From positions 39,246,001 to 39,310,000 of the forward strand of contig OZ260667.1 in NCBI GenBank assembly GCA_965285935.1: a stretch of DNA of 64,000 nucleotides, written 5' to 3'. The position numbers were made by a program, and so were the translations under genes. Shown piece after piece: positions 26,991 to 38,700 of the stretch. The stretch comes from Ophelia neglecta. Its lineage: Eukaryota. Each line of letters begins with the position of its first letter. The first letter of the stretch is position 1. A model generated the notes under the pieces. The model worked only from the letters and a program-made list of their open reading frames with translations, made no database searches and had not been told where the DNA came from.

Positions 26991-27549
26991 GCAAACCAAG
27001 TAGAGGCAGCCTTTTTTAAACACACCACCACACATAGACAATATGTGCGTCAGCAGTAGCTTGTGCACACTGTTTTCTAGCATCGTATGATTTTAAACCT
27101 TTTTTCTGAAAGTCTCCAGATTTTACAGGCTGGTATAAGACGTTTAATACGTTTTTTACACACCTGCATCACTGGGCACAGTACTGTATTCTTCATTGCG
27201 AGCCGCAGTATTTCAGCATAATAACATCATCTGATTCTTCACATGTCAATTCTTTAATATTTTTAATTACGTGCCTTTCGACAGCCTTATTGTATCTAGT
27301 GATATTGTGTAAAGACGTGCAAGCCCATCATTTGTGGTAGGACTATATCTAACTCAGAAATTATCTGAAAACGAAAGAGACGGTTGTTGTCCAAAGTATA
27401 TATCGTTCAAAAGTTCAAAATTGACATTATGTTTTGCATCTTCCTGTCACTCATCACATTCACGAAACTGGTCTTAATTGCAACATTAACAGTTTGCTTC
27501 ACATGGACAAGATTCCAAAGCATGGGTAACATAGCAAGAGCAGAATAAG

Positions 27550-27646
27550 CACAGGTGCTAGTGTTAATGTCAATGCTACCCACTGTGTATAAGAGCGAAG
27601 CTCTTATACACAGTGGGTAGCATTGACATTGACACTAGCACCTGTG
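27550..27646. mobile_element. 97-bp fold-back mini-transposon with an 8-bp target-site duplication (hAT/P-like signature)
   Basis: 47-bp arms with one mismatch around a GAA loop, CA...TG termini, and AGAATAAG duplicated at 27542-27549 and 27647-27654. Confidence 0.88.
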
Positions 27647-28302
27647 AGAATAAGTAGGGAACTATACTTTGAGGCTCGCCATGGAGGATGCGGTATCGGC
27701 CGTAATCTTAATCAGTTGAGTGGGTGTGATGAAGTTAACCCAAAATCATACATACTCAGCTTTAATCGACAAAATAAACAAAATTAAATAGTGTCTCTGA
27801 ACGCACCATTTTACAAAATCACCATTTTCTGGTAGGGAGAAGGGGATAACAGCGACCTTAGCTGAACATATCTTTCCAAGTTGATGAATTTATCATTCAC
27901 ACCGCATTGGACATTGCACCCTTTTTGGCTTTTTTTGGCAAATAAATCTTGCTTTTGAACGTCACTAGCATGTTTGATTGCTAGATAGGGTATGTTATAA
28001 GCAAATTATATCATTTAGTAAAATAAAAGATCAAAAGCATCCGCGTAATGGATATTGTACTGGTTTTTGCAGATGCTCTGGGATAAAAACGAGCCGCAAA
28101 ATTCATTTCTATTTATATTGATCACAAGTAATCATAAGTTTGATCACACACAATGAACTGCTATATGACTAGGTTTGCCGGCAATTCCAAACAGATCATT
28201 ATGGTAATGTGCGCCTTTTGATTACAGCGTACATAGAATAAGGGTGATATGTGTGCGCCTGCAGCTATGTAAATTGTTCTAACTGCGAAATAAAACTACT
28301 AT

Positions 28303-30480
28303 ACCCTGTTATATTTGCCTTCCTCATCAACGATATGGATACATATAACGTGATAACTTACATGAGGACTGTGGTGCCACGTGGGACACACTGAATATAT
28401 TGGCTCTTCTGTATGCAGACGATTGTTGTCTTGTGGCAGAAAATCCCCAGGACCTACAAGAACTGCTGACCTTGTTAGGTGATTACTGTGATCGATGGGG
28501 GCTCGAAGTTAACATAGACAATACAAAGATTCTCACCTTTTGTAACAAAGGAGACGATCGTTAATACATTTTCAGGTACAAAGGTCAACTACTAGAGATA
28601 GTTGATGAATTTTCCTTAGGCCAGACTTTGTCGTTTAACGCTTCGTGGCGTAGGACAAAAGAAATCAATGTCAACAAGGCCTTAAAAGCCATGTTCTTGT
28701 TAGAGAAGAAAACCGGCTATTTGCGCATGCCATTTGCCGATACTCTGGACTTATTTCATAGATGCGTGCTACCTGTTCTACTTTATGGTGTTGAGCTGTG
28801 GGGAACCGAAAACTGTGATAACATTGATAGATTCCCTCTCAAATTCATGAAGAGGCATTTGAGGCTTAAACAGGGCACGCCAAGTGATTGGATTTATCTC
28901 GAGACTGGGTTTCCCCCACTACAGTGTGTCAGACATTGCAGGGTGGTTGGTTACTGGGCGTCCCTTGTAGATCCTCGCAGTCACCGCAAACTGTCTTACT
29001 TGACTATCGAGAGATGAAGAGGTTCGGTAAAAATCTTTGGTGTAAAGGTGTCAAGGAAATACTAGATAAACACGGGTTTTCTTGGGCATGGGAGAATGAG
29101 GACATAGGTAACAAGACTTGGTTTGCAGATATTTTCAAAGATATGTGCCACCTAGACAGTTTCACAAAAGCATATGCTAACGCCCTAGAATCCAAAAAGA
29201 GCAAACTGTTCTCCGAACTTGCAACGCATATTAACTATGCGGAGGGGGCAAAGTATCTCCATTTGCTGACAACTTCACAATGCGCTGAGGTGGCCAGGTT
29301 TAGGCTCCGTAATGTTTATCTCGCTGCTGAGGTTGGTCAGTGGAAAGGCAGCTTGACATGGGATGGTGTTAATTGCGAGTGTTGTGGGCGGGAGGACAAT
29401 GAGGCCCATTTTCTACTCGAGTGTCAGCAGTTTGACCACCTGAGGTACAGGTATATCGCTCCTTACTACCTACATGGTCCTCCTGAACAGAAACTTGTAG
29501 AATTACTCAACACTATCGATATAAAAACAATACAAAACCTCTTGACTTTCATACGTAAGGCAATGCTTATTAAAAAGGAAACATATAAATGGCTACAAAC
29601 CATGTCCCTGAAAAAAATCATGATATAGCCAGGTCATTCTTTGCTAACCTCTAACTTTACCTCAACAAAGGTGTATAAAGTAGTCAGCACTATAGTATGG
29701 CAAATTGTGTGTGTCCATGTATGTCATATTATCTGAGAACGTATACCGTATATTCCTGTATTAATCCTGAAATTTTTTGTTTGCGACTATGAGGAAGATT
29801 GCCTTACTATATATTTGTTATTGCAAAATCTGTGCGTATGTATGTGTTATGATGTGATATACTTAGTTAGAATAATTGTGCTACTACACCTGGGACTCGG
29901 ATGATGTGTGCAAGAAGTACATGTGTAACTAATGTATTATATTTTTACAGAGGATATAAAGGTAGTCACTACGAGGAGATCGGCTCCGGGTTTACTGGAA
30001 CAGCCTGTAATCTACTTCCAGAACTATAACGAAATACGTCCCTTATTTTCTTGCATGTACAATTTCTTTATACTTATATTCATTAGCATTACACACTTAT
30101 TATATTATATGACGCTATTTTCTAATTTTGTTTGTACCCAATGTAATAGCTGGTTGAATGAGAATGATGTAAAAGTTCGTCGCCGTAAATATCATAATCG
30201 TATAAATATATAAACTGTATTATGTATATGAATTATTATATTATTATATAAGATGTAAATTATTATTATAGGTTTATTATCCCGAACTTAATCGGAGCAG
30301 CATACAGCCAAAGACATAGTACATAATTCAAAAAAAAAAAAAAAAAAAAAAAAAAGTTATTTTCAACAAAGGTTCATCAATCAAATATGTTTTGTATGAG
30401 CATGTTGGGAGCGAAACTCATGTTTGACCCAATAAAATAAATGTCATTGTCATTGTCATTGTCATTGTCATTGTCATTGT
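28303..30480 (+). mobile_element. 5'-truncated, decayed RTE-X-like non-LTR retrotransposon (RT C-half, CCHC, long 3' region, (TGTCAT)n tail)
   Basis: PVIFAFLINDMD, ILALLYADDCCLVAENPQDLQELL..YCDRWGLEVNIDNTKILTF, VLPVLLYGVELWG, ARFRL..CECCGREDNEAHFLLEC, with stops and frameshifts. AATAAA and a (TGTCAT)n tail lie at ~30431-30480. Whether the whole 29.6-30.4 kb stretch belongs to this element is uncertain. Confidence 0.88.
30330..30355 (+). repeat. Poly(A) tract (A26)
   Basis: Direct reading. Confidence 0.9.
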
Positions 30481-31244
30481 AAATGTTGTTTTGATAGTGC
30501 AGTAGAACAAATCAACTTTCCTTCTGACTAATTTTGCCCTAAATTATGACGCCACTTGATGGAAAAACAAGGCATCCAAAGAAGATGTTCGTCGCTTGAG
30601 GAAGCGTGTTGGGTGTAGCAGTGTAAACAGTTGACCACGTATTTCGGAATTATGAAGCAGCTTTGTTAACGGTGTTCTGTATGTTTGCTGCTCTTTTTGA
30701 TTTGTTACTTCCCAGATGGGCATATACATGTAGTCTTATCAACTCTGAAACGGAAGAATTGAATAATTTACTTTCTTGTGTAAACCAGATTTGTTGGAAA
30801 TTGCACTTTAAAACTAACCAATACAATTTAGAACACACATATGATGGACTGACTAATCAGGAGCATACATTTACTACGCATTGAGAATTGTAGGCGGAAG
30901 GATGATGCTGCTACATTCCTGCCTCGCTAATCCGTTATAATCCGCTTCTTATATACAAATATAGCATACTCGTTGGCAAAATTCTGAACTTTCACAGATT
31001 ATAATCATAGGGCAACAACCAGTTACAAAATGCCTTACGGGCCAACAAGTGGGTGTTTGCAAAAAAAGCAACGTGATTGTACCATTGCATAAAAATAACG
31101 TGCCCATCTCAAAAAGATAACTGCGCAAAGTGTTACTATAAGGAAATAGCGACATTATAGCCCACCAGAGGGCGGCCATTGCAGACGTGCCATTTTTGCG
31201 TGTCTTCTGTAAGCCGTTGTAAATGTATACACTATCCCCCGAAT

Positions 31245-31580
31245 AAATAGTCCCCAGAACAACTGACCTCAATAATAAATTGTCCTACCGTAGGGTATAT
31301 ACTGTCCCTGCAAATACAAAAAGGTCCCTCCCTTTCCAGGTTGACATTATATATGTCACCGAACAACATCCGTCGGACAATAAAAACACGCGGACATTAT
31401 GTTTGACCTCAATTTATACGGGACACTGGTTACAGGACATAGGCCTAGTTATTTTGGGGGGAAATATAATCCTAACAGGACATCTAACACCGGAATTGAT
31501 TGTCCGGCCGGACTTCCTACTTGATTTATTCTGTCTTTGGGACAGTTTATTCTAGGATATTTGGTCCACCGGTCCAATTC
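31245..31580. repeat. Degenerate GTCC/GGAC-rich repeat relic (probable old MITE)
   Basis: Recurrent GTCC..GGAC micro-palindromes and a TAACACCGG motif. Similar texture at 34655-34945. Confidence 0.3.
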
Positions 31581-33336
31581 TACGACGGACATTCCTCCCT
31601 GGCTCGCCGGTCTGTAAGCGGAAACAGCCATGCTGTCCAAACAATACATCTGGGTGATCTATGTTACGTGCCAAAACTTCAAATATTTAGCCGGCTTAAG
31701 TAGTTTCTCCTTCCTTTGTTGACCGAAAATGTTCTCCACAATTTATACAGGGTTTTATAGAATTTCCAAGCAGGCTATGTGGGCATAGTCCGTCAATACT
31801 TGTTTTCTTACAAAAATAAAACTCCGTATCTTGACAGTTTATTAGGCCTACAAGTTAACGGGTGTGATTTCTTTGAACGCCTTATTCGTTGAAATGCGGT
31901 CATTTCTTTCCTAGTTAAATGAAGAGGACATAGCCGATCATGAACATGATACTGTTATTCACAGTGTAATCTGAGAATATCGATCGCCCTAGTTACTGGA
32001 GAATACTGGTCTCAATATAGACGTGGTCTGTTAATACAGGTTTTTTTAAACTTTTAAAGTGTACATCATGGTCTTCATATTAACGGACTGAATTGACAGG
32101 TGGTCCAACTATAGAGGTGATGTTTAAAAAACTCCTGCAATGAATAAGCCAGACGGATAGGTTTATTTCCTAATCATTACCCGGTTAGATATAAGTTATT
32201 TTATTAGTTACCAGTGAAAATCGGAATTACTTTCAACTACTCTTGTGTCATTTGATAGAAATACAACTTGTGACAAAAGTCAAAAGTCTGCGCTTATTAA
32301 CCGTAATAATACTGGTAATATCAATCAATGCCTTTGACGTCCTTTATTTCGCACTTATTCCAATTGGACACTGGACCTTAATGACTGAGGGCAACCAGCT
32401 ACTTGGCTGGGATGTGTTAACCGCGATATGAGTGTATACATGTATGTGTGTAATTCATTAAACTAAAGTATTATCCACCATATGTAAGCTCTTTTATCGA
32501 ATGTTTAACATAATTGAGGAGCAAGGACTTTTTGTGGAGCATCATAACTTTGGTAAACTTTATTTTTTTTGTGATTGGAGACATTTCACGGGTAATTGGA
32601 AAGTCGTCTGGGACGACATATATCCTTTAGTGTTATTTGCAACATTTGGGATCGAGTCATTTTTCCTCAGGTCCTGACGCGTTGCAAATGGAAGTTTGAT
32701 TTACTATGTGTTTTGGGAGTATATCGGACACCTGGGCTTAAGCGATGAACCAAGCGTCCAAGATAGTTTGCAAAAAAAGTCAAATTTGACTCCTTGGGTA
32801 ATTATCTTTACTGCGTTTGATTATGTTCTTATGGCAATCACCACATTAAACTGTCTGGAAGTGGTTTGTTGGATGAGATGCAAAATGGCTAAAATATACA
32901 CAAATTTTATTACTGAACAACTTAAGGAGACTTACGCTACTCAATTTACAAATAACTTGAACTTCCGGCTAGCTTCGCACCTTATTGCAAAGGAACCACT
33001 TACTGCACAAGTAATCGATGTCGGTTTCGTATGTTTATTTCATAAGTATTTTTTTTTTCTCGTGACCAACATACATACAAACCACCACAATAGAATAATA
33101 AAACACAGAAAAAAAAACAGATAAAAAATAATTAGATTTCAAATATAATTATACTGGAACAAATTGCCAATGACACTCGCGAACAGAGCTTATTTTTTAC
33201 TATGTTACAATACGGGAGATATGGATAGCAAGTTAGATAAAATAAGTCTGTAATAAGAGGCGAATTATGCTAAAGGTCTCTCTAGTGAAACGATTCGCCA
33301 ATTGCACGTTCGAAGGTTACATGTCAGTCCTCCATT

Positions 33337-33444
33337 AGGCCAAAGCTGGATCTATTCCCCGGCCGAGCCCTTATTCAGGCACCAGCTAGACGCGTCCCCT
33401 ACCTAGCTATGTCTTTTTCCAGGCCCAAGCTGGATCTATTCCCC
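33337..33444 (+). repeat. Pair of 24-bp direct repeats AGGCC(A/C)AAGCTGGATCTATTCCCC
   Basis: Copies at 33337-33360 and 33421-33444. Confidence 0.8.
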
Positions 33445-34654
33445 AAAGATATCAACGGTACTGATCACTACACTGTGAACTTTTTTAAATATATGGCAAC
33501 AACAAATCGAGATGGAGATGTAATACAACTAAAAACAACAATGTGAAAAATATTTGATTACACAGATTTGTTTCATCCTTCTGTCCGGAGGAGTAATGCA
33601 TAAAACTGCGATAAGAGGACAATCATATATTATATTTTGCATTGTATGCCTCTATTTTTATTTGTATATTGCCCATTTCAACAAATTAATATTGCTGCAA
33701 ATTGTGGGGGACAACTTGAACAGAGACTAAAAATGTTGGTTTAAGATCATTTAGTGCCGCCAGTGGAAAACCTTCTTTACCGAGAACACCACGTCGTCTA
33801 ACCCTTAACTGTTTTATGATTTCGTGTAGAAAGAATCCTAAAAAGGTGTGTGCAAAATGATGAACTATTTGCTCTAGATTCAGATTTACTTAGTAAAGTG
33901 AATTTTTCTTCCTAATTCCAAAGCAACGAGCAACTTGTGAATATTTCTTTTCGATAATGTGAATTTGCTCTTCACTAACAATGGTTTGGAATACCAACGA
34001 ATAGATTGAATGACATTGAGAAGGTAAGTCTCGTCAATATGTAATGATCCAGATACAGTCTCCGGCAAATGCTGCAGTTCATATTACTGTTACTGTTAGA
34101 CTAGGTATTCAAGAGGGCTAATCTAATAAAACTTATATTCATGGACAAGTGGTGTCAATGGAGCATAAAACGTTGGTGAATTATTGAATTCCTAGCAGCG
34201 TTATAAATTTTACAGCACAAGCTTAATTACATTAGCATCGTATTATAACCACTGTGGAAAAGGCGGGAAGTGGATATCATGCAAATCATCTAATAGTAGT
34301 GGGCCTTACCTAGCTTAAAACTCAAAACAAGCCGTAAGTAAAGAAAGCTTTGGATAAGAATATGAAAATATGTAAAGGCATAAATTGTCTACTAGAGCGG
34401 GTTATCATTTTGGAAGTTAAATCATTAAAAAATTAAGAAAAACATGCAAATTGTTCATTGTAAAATTAATTCTAAACATGAACATATGCAGTGCACTTTT
34501 ATCTCATGCTGTAAAATCTCGGGTGAAAAGAAAAAGCCTTAATAGCTTCTCAGAAAGCACTCCTCCATGGCCAGCCAGGAGACATTTTGTATTCGGTATA
34601 TATGTGTCCGTTTCAGAAAGACTATTCGTCTGTAGAGCAGGCCTAAAAGGAAAA

Positions 34655-34945
34655 AGTAGTCCCCTGAAACGGACAATGGTTCTTAGATATATGGCCTAGA
34701 ACAAACAATCCTGGTAATACTTGTCCATAGGACAACCATACCTACGGGATGAAATGTATCCTCGAATATATTTTCTGCCTATATTGAGGAAATTAATACC
34801 TAATATACGAATACTGTGTTATATAGTCCCACGGACAATACATACTGGGACTAACGTATTTGTCACACCAGTTACCGGTATGATAGTGCCCAGAAAGTAT
34901 GGTGCACTGGGACATTTATTTCAAGAGGTCATATGGTCCTAGTCA
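34655..34945. repeat. Degenerate GTCC/GGAC-rich repeat relic (probable old MITE)
   Basis: GTCC..GGAC pairs and TGTCACACCAG. Resembles 31245-31580. Confidence 0.3.
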
Positions 34946-35031
34946 CAAATGAAGGTTATAAAAACGTGCATGATATTCACCCTCTCGTGAAATGAAGCAG
35001 TAAGGCTTTTATCAGCGCTTAATATTATACC

Positions 35032-35717
35032 AATAACATGATTTTGCAGGGCGTTACGCTATATCAGTGGCCCGACATAAATTATTAGCAGCCCGCCATA
35101 GTCATAGCGCCCGAGGCGTAGCCGAGGGTGCTATGACTATGAAGGGCTACTAATAATTTATGGAGGGACACTGAAGTAGCGTAACGCCCGTCAAAATCAT
35201 GTTATTACTATTATTATCACTTTTTAAATGACGTTCCGGTGTCGACGTGAAAGGAATATAGCCCCCCGCTTTGTGTATCCTATCAGGTAGTATGTGTATT
35301 TTATAGCAGTGATCGGCACCAGAAGACTGCTAGGTAATACTACTTATGCTTGTGATATGTATATGCCGACTTTTGTCCCGCTACGCAATATTAATCCAAT
35401 TTTCTCGAAAAACAATATGATCAAAATAAACATTTTATACACATATTTGTAACGTTAGTTAAATCTTGGAATTTAGCTATTTCCTGGGAATATATATTAA
35501 TAAATGCATTTAAAGGTTAATCATTATAATCGTACCACCCGGCTTTACGTCACAAATGAACATGTATATAACACTACCAGTCCGCTAATCATTAGCGGAC
35601 TGCCTCTCATTAGCGGACTGCCACCAAGGCTCTGACGTCACCAGTCAGCAGTTATTCTGTTTTACCGCCAATGTAAAATAGAGCTATCCTACAGGTAATG
35701 CCCTCGTAAGTGATAAT
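35032..35717 (+). mobile_element. Non-autonomous element with a 175-nt terminal hairpin and a 10-bp subterminal inverted repeat (Crypton- or Helentron-type architecture; family unassigned)
   Basis: Hairpin 35032-35206 (86-bp arms, GTA loop, no indels). ATTATCACTT at 35213-35222 is inverted with AAGTGATAAT at 35708-35717. Internal palindrome CAGTCCGCTAAT-C-ATTAGCGGACTG at ~35578-35602. No TSD seen. Confidence 0.6.
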
Positions 35718-38700
35718 TATTGCCAATGCAACATATGATGGTATATTAGTATGAACTTTACCAGTCCTATATTATAAAACGCAAATGAGCTTGGTATTAA
35801 TAAAACGCCGGTTCTACCGGATGAGGCCACCTGTAGGAAATTTCCATGGCACTGCGCTGTCGCAGCCTTATGTTTCTGTTAATACCATATAGAAAAAACC
35901 ATAAAAATGCTATCATGCGACAGCTAATCATCCCCGAAGATTTTATCGATACCTGGACGTGGTTGATGTTGAGTTGTCAGGGGTAAATAACTATCATTTG
36001 TGATGAAAGCAAGCCAGGGATTGAGGCAAGGAAGATTAGCCAGGTCCAAGTTTTAGTCTCACGTGAAATCATGTCTAGACATTTTCTGACAGATACACGA
36101 ATCATGTATTTCTTAGGGTACAGACCAATATCTTATTTATTTTCATAGTGACTTAGCAGTTTCCAGAGTAGTTGTACAAAGGAGAGTGTCAATCGCCTAA
36201 TAACTAGGCCAGATGTTTGGGCTTATGCTCGAATATTAATGATATTTGTAAGCCAATAACATCTACATGTATATTATTATCCTCCTACGTTCTGCAATCC
36301 AGACGCAAATGCTAATTTTAATAAAGCCAAACATATTTTTAATTCTGATAACTGACATCCTAACAAGACTCTAGTGTCATTTATCCCTTTCTTTGGCTTG
36401 TTTGTTTTCAGACACACCCGTTGGTATTGGTAGCTTCATCCAGGCAGTGCCAACATTTGTGGGCTGCTGACCCTTGTTTTGGCTAACATTTTTTTTAAAC
36501 ATTTTGCACAAAGATCTGGGCCCGTTATTTAAAAAAAATCAAGCTTTGTTAACGGGTCATAGTCACCCGAATGTCACCCAATATCGATTGTTTCACGGTG
36601 CTACCGGCCGAGAATCAACTATTGAATAATGTTGATCATTTAACGTATAGTTATAATGCTTGATTTATAAGTTGCATATTTCCCAGCTGAATGTTAACTA
36701 TTAGCATTAAAACTCTATAACTAATTATGAATATCAAACTAAGAGTTTTGACAAATTGCAATTAAGCAGGTAATTCTTACCTTATGGTTTTACCTTAAAC
36801 ATAATATAGATAGATAGATCATTATTTATTTAAGGGGCACGTGTAAATACAATAACATTATATTTTTATAAGGAATATTGGGCCGGAAAAAAACCCCATG
36901 TATCCAATACAGCCAGCCTCTGTCCCTGCTAATATGACCGCAGACTCTATCGAACAAACAGGCAACCCAATGGTCAAAGTGTAGTCTGCCTATATTTATC
37001 AATCCATTATGATGGGCTTATGACTTCAATAATAGTTTCAGTGAAAATATGAAAATATCAGATGTCATTTGCGACAGACATAAGACAGCTTACTCTCAGA
37101 GTATACAATTCCACATGAGTGCCATGATACCATTTCAAATATGGAAAATATCAATTTGTTTTTTTAGTAATGCCATTTCTCGGCTAACATTATGGTGGGG
37201 ACCTTTGTTCCTTTGTAAGGCAACGCGCCGCTTTGAGCTGTTGGCTATTGAAGTTCGTCCATTGTGGCATTTTTATGGACCCAACCGGTCCTTTGCAGCA
37301 GATCAAAGTCCACCCCACTGTTCCATCTTTTTGTACGTTCTACAAACATTTACTGATAAATTTATAAGTTCTGATGGTCATTTCAGCCTTAGTTTTTACG
37401 AACTAGGGGCGGATATCCTAAGATAAATACTTGGGTAGAGGTGGCATAGCGTATATCAATATACTTTTTATTGTAATAAAAAGACAGTATCACCATCCCG
37501 GCCCTAAATCGCTAGAATACACGAAAAGATGAATATATCTATCGCCGATCTGGCAGAAATTATTGAGTTATTTCTGTGGCATTTTGTGGCTATTTCATGG
37601 TTTCTGGTTTTCAATACTTAAATGTCAAAACTGTAGTTTTGCTTGTTAATCAGATGTCAGATCTGGCGCGTATCCGATTTTGTTTTATCGGCCATTAAAC
37701 AAGGCAGGCTACACACAAAGCAAAGTCAACATGCTTTTATTGCTCTGTTTTAAGTGGCACACAATGTTGCAGTATTTAAGACACATATTCATCTTGAGCA
37801 TTGAACCGATACAGGCCACAGTGGGTCATCAATGACAAATAAATTGGTCAATTGATGTCGCCAATATGTTCAGTCACTTAAGCTTAAAGTCTGATATATA
37901 CTAGGTATATTACTCACGAGATGCTTGCTATCTACTCTTAAAAACTGCTTAACAGAACATATTTATTGTTAGTTGATAAGCACAAAGCTAAGTTTAACCA
38001 AAAAATTGTCACAAAAAGATGCTTGTTTGACGATTATGTATTGCTAAGCCAATAATGGTTAAATGCATACAACATTTAATAAACTTAACACTTTATTCGT
38101 GTTAATAATGCATCAATTCAGGTTAGTTTAATGGTATACAGGGCACTATGTTATGTAGATCATCAAAAGGTGCAGTCAACTTACTCGCAAAGTTTGGATG
38201 ATTGAGCATTACTATCTTGAAAGATAGGTGGTGTCAGACACAGAGTAAGTATTCATCGTATGCAAGACCACAATAAAATCGTAATAATTTTAAAACTGGA
38301 AATATCAGATTGATTTTATTGCCATCTTAAAACCCTTTGGCTAGGCTTATTTTCCTTAACTTCATTTGAACATCCTTTGGTTGAAATAAATTTCAAGATT
38401 ATACCAATTATTTGTCAAATGACAAATGACTCATTTGTAAATGAGAGAAAAATCTTAATGTCAGATGCTAATATGACAAATCGGGCTGGGCGAATCAACC
38501 CTGTTGGTGAAGGAAAGTAAGTGAGGTATTTCATATGCTTTTTTAAGATAAACCTTTGAAGATGACAGAGTTTATACAAATGCAAAAAGCAGTTATATAA
38601 AAATAAATCCTTGTCCTGCATCACATTTAATTCACTGGCAGTATGAAAGTGAACAGTCAACTTTAATGCAGATATACGCTGCTAAAACATTATTCATTCA

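Noticed and set aside
32696-33124. 142-aa ORF
   Set aside because: Non-ATG start, no recognisable domain, and a low-complexity A/T-derived C-terminus.
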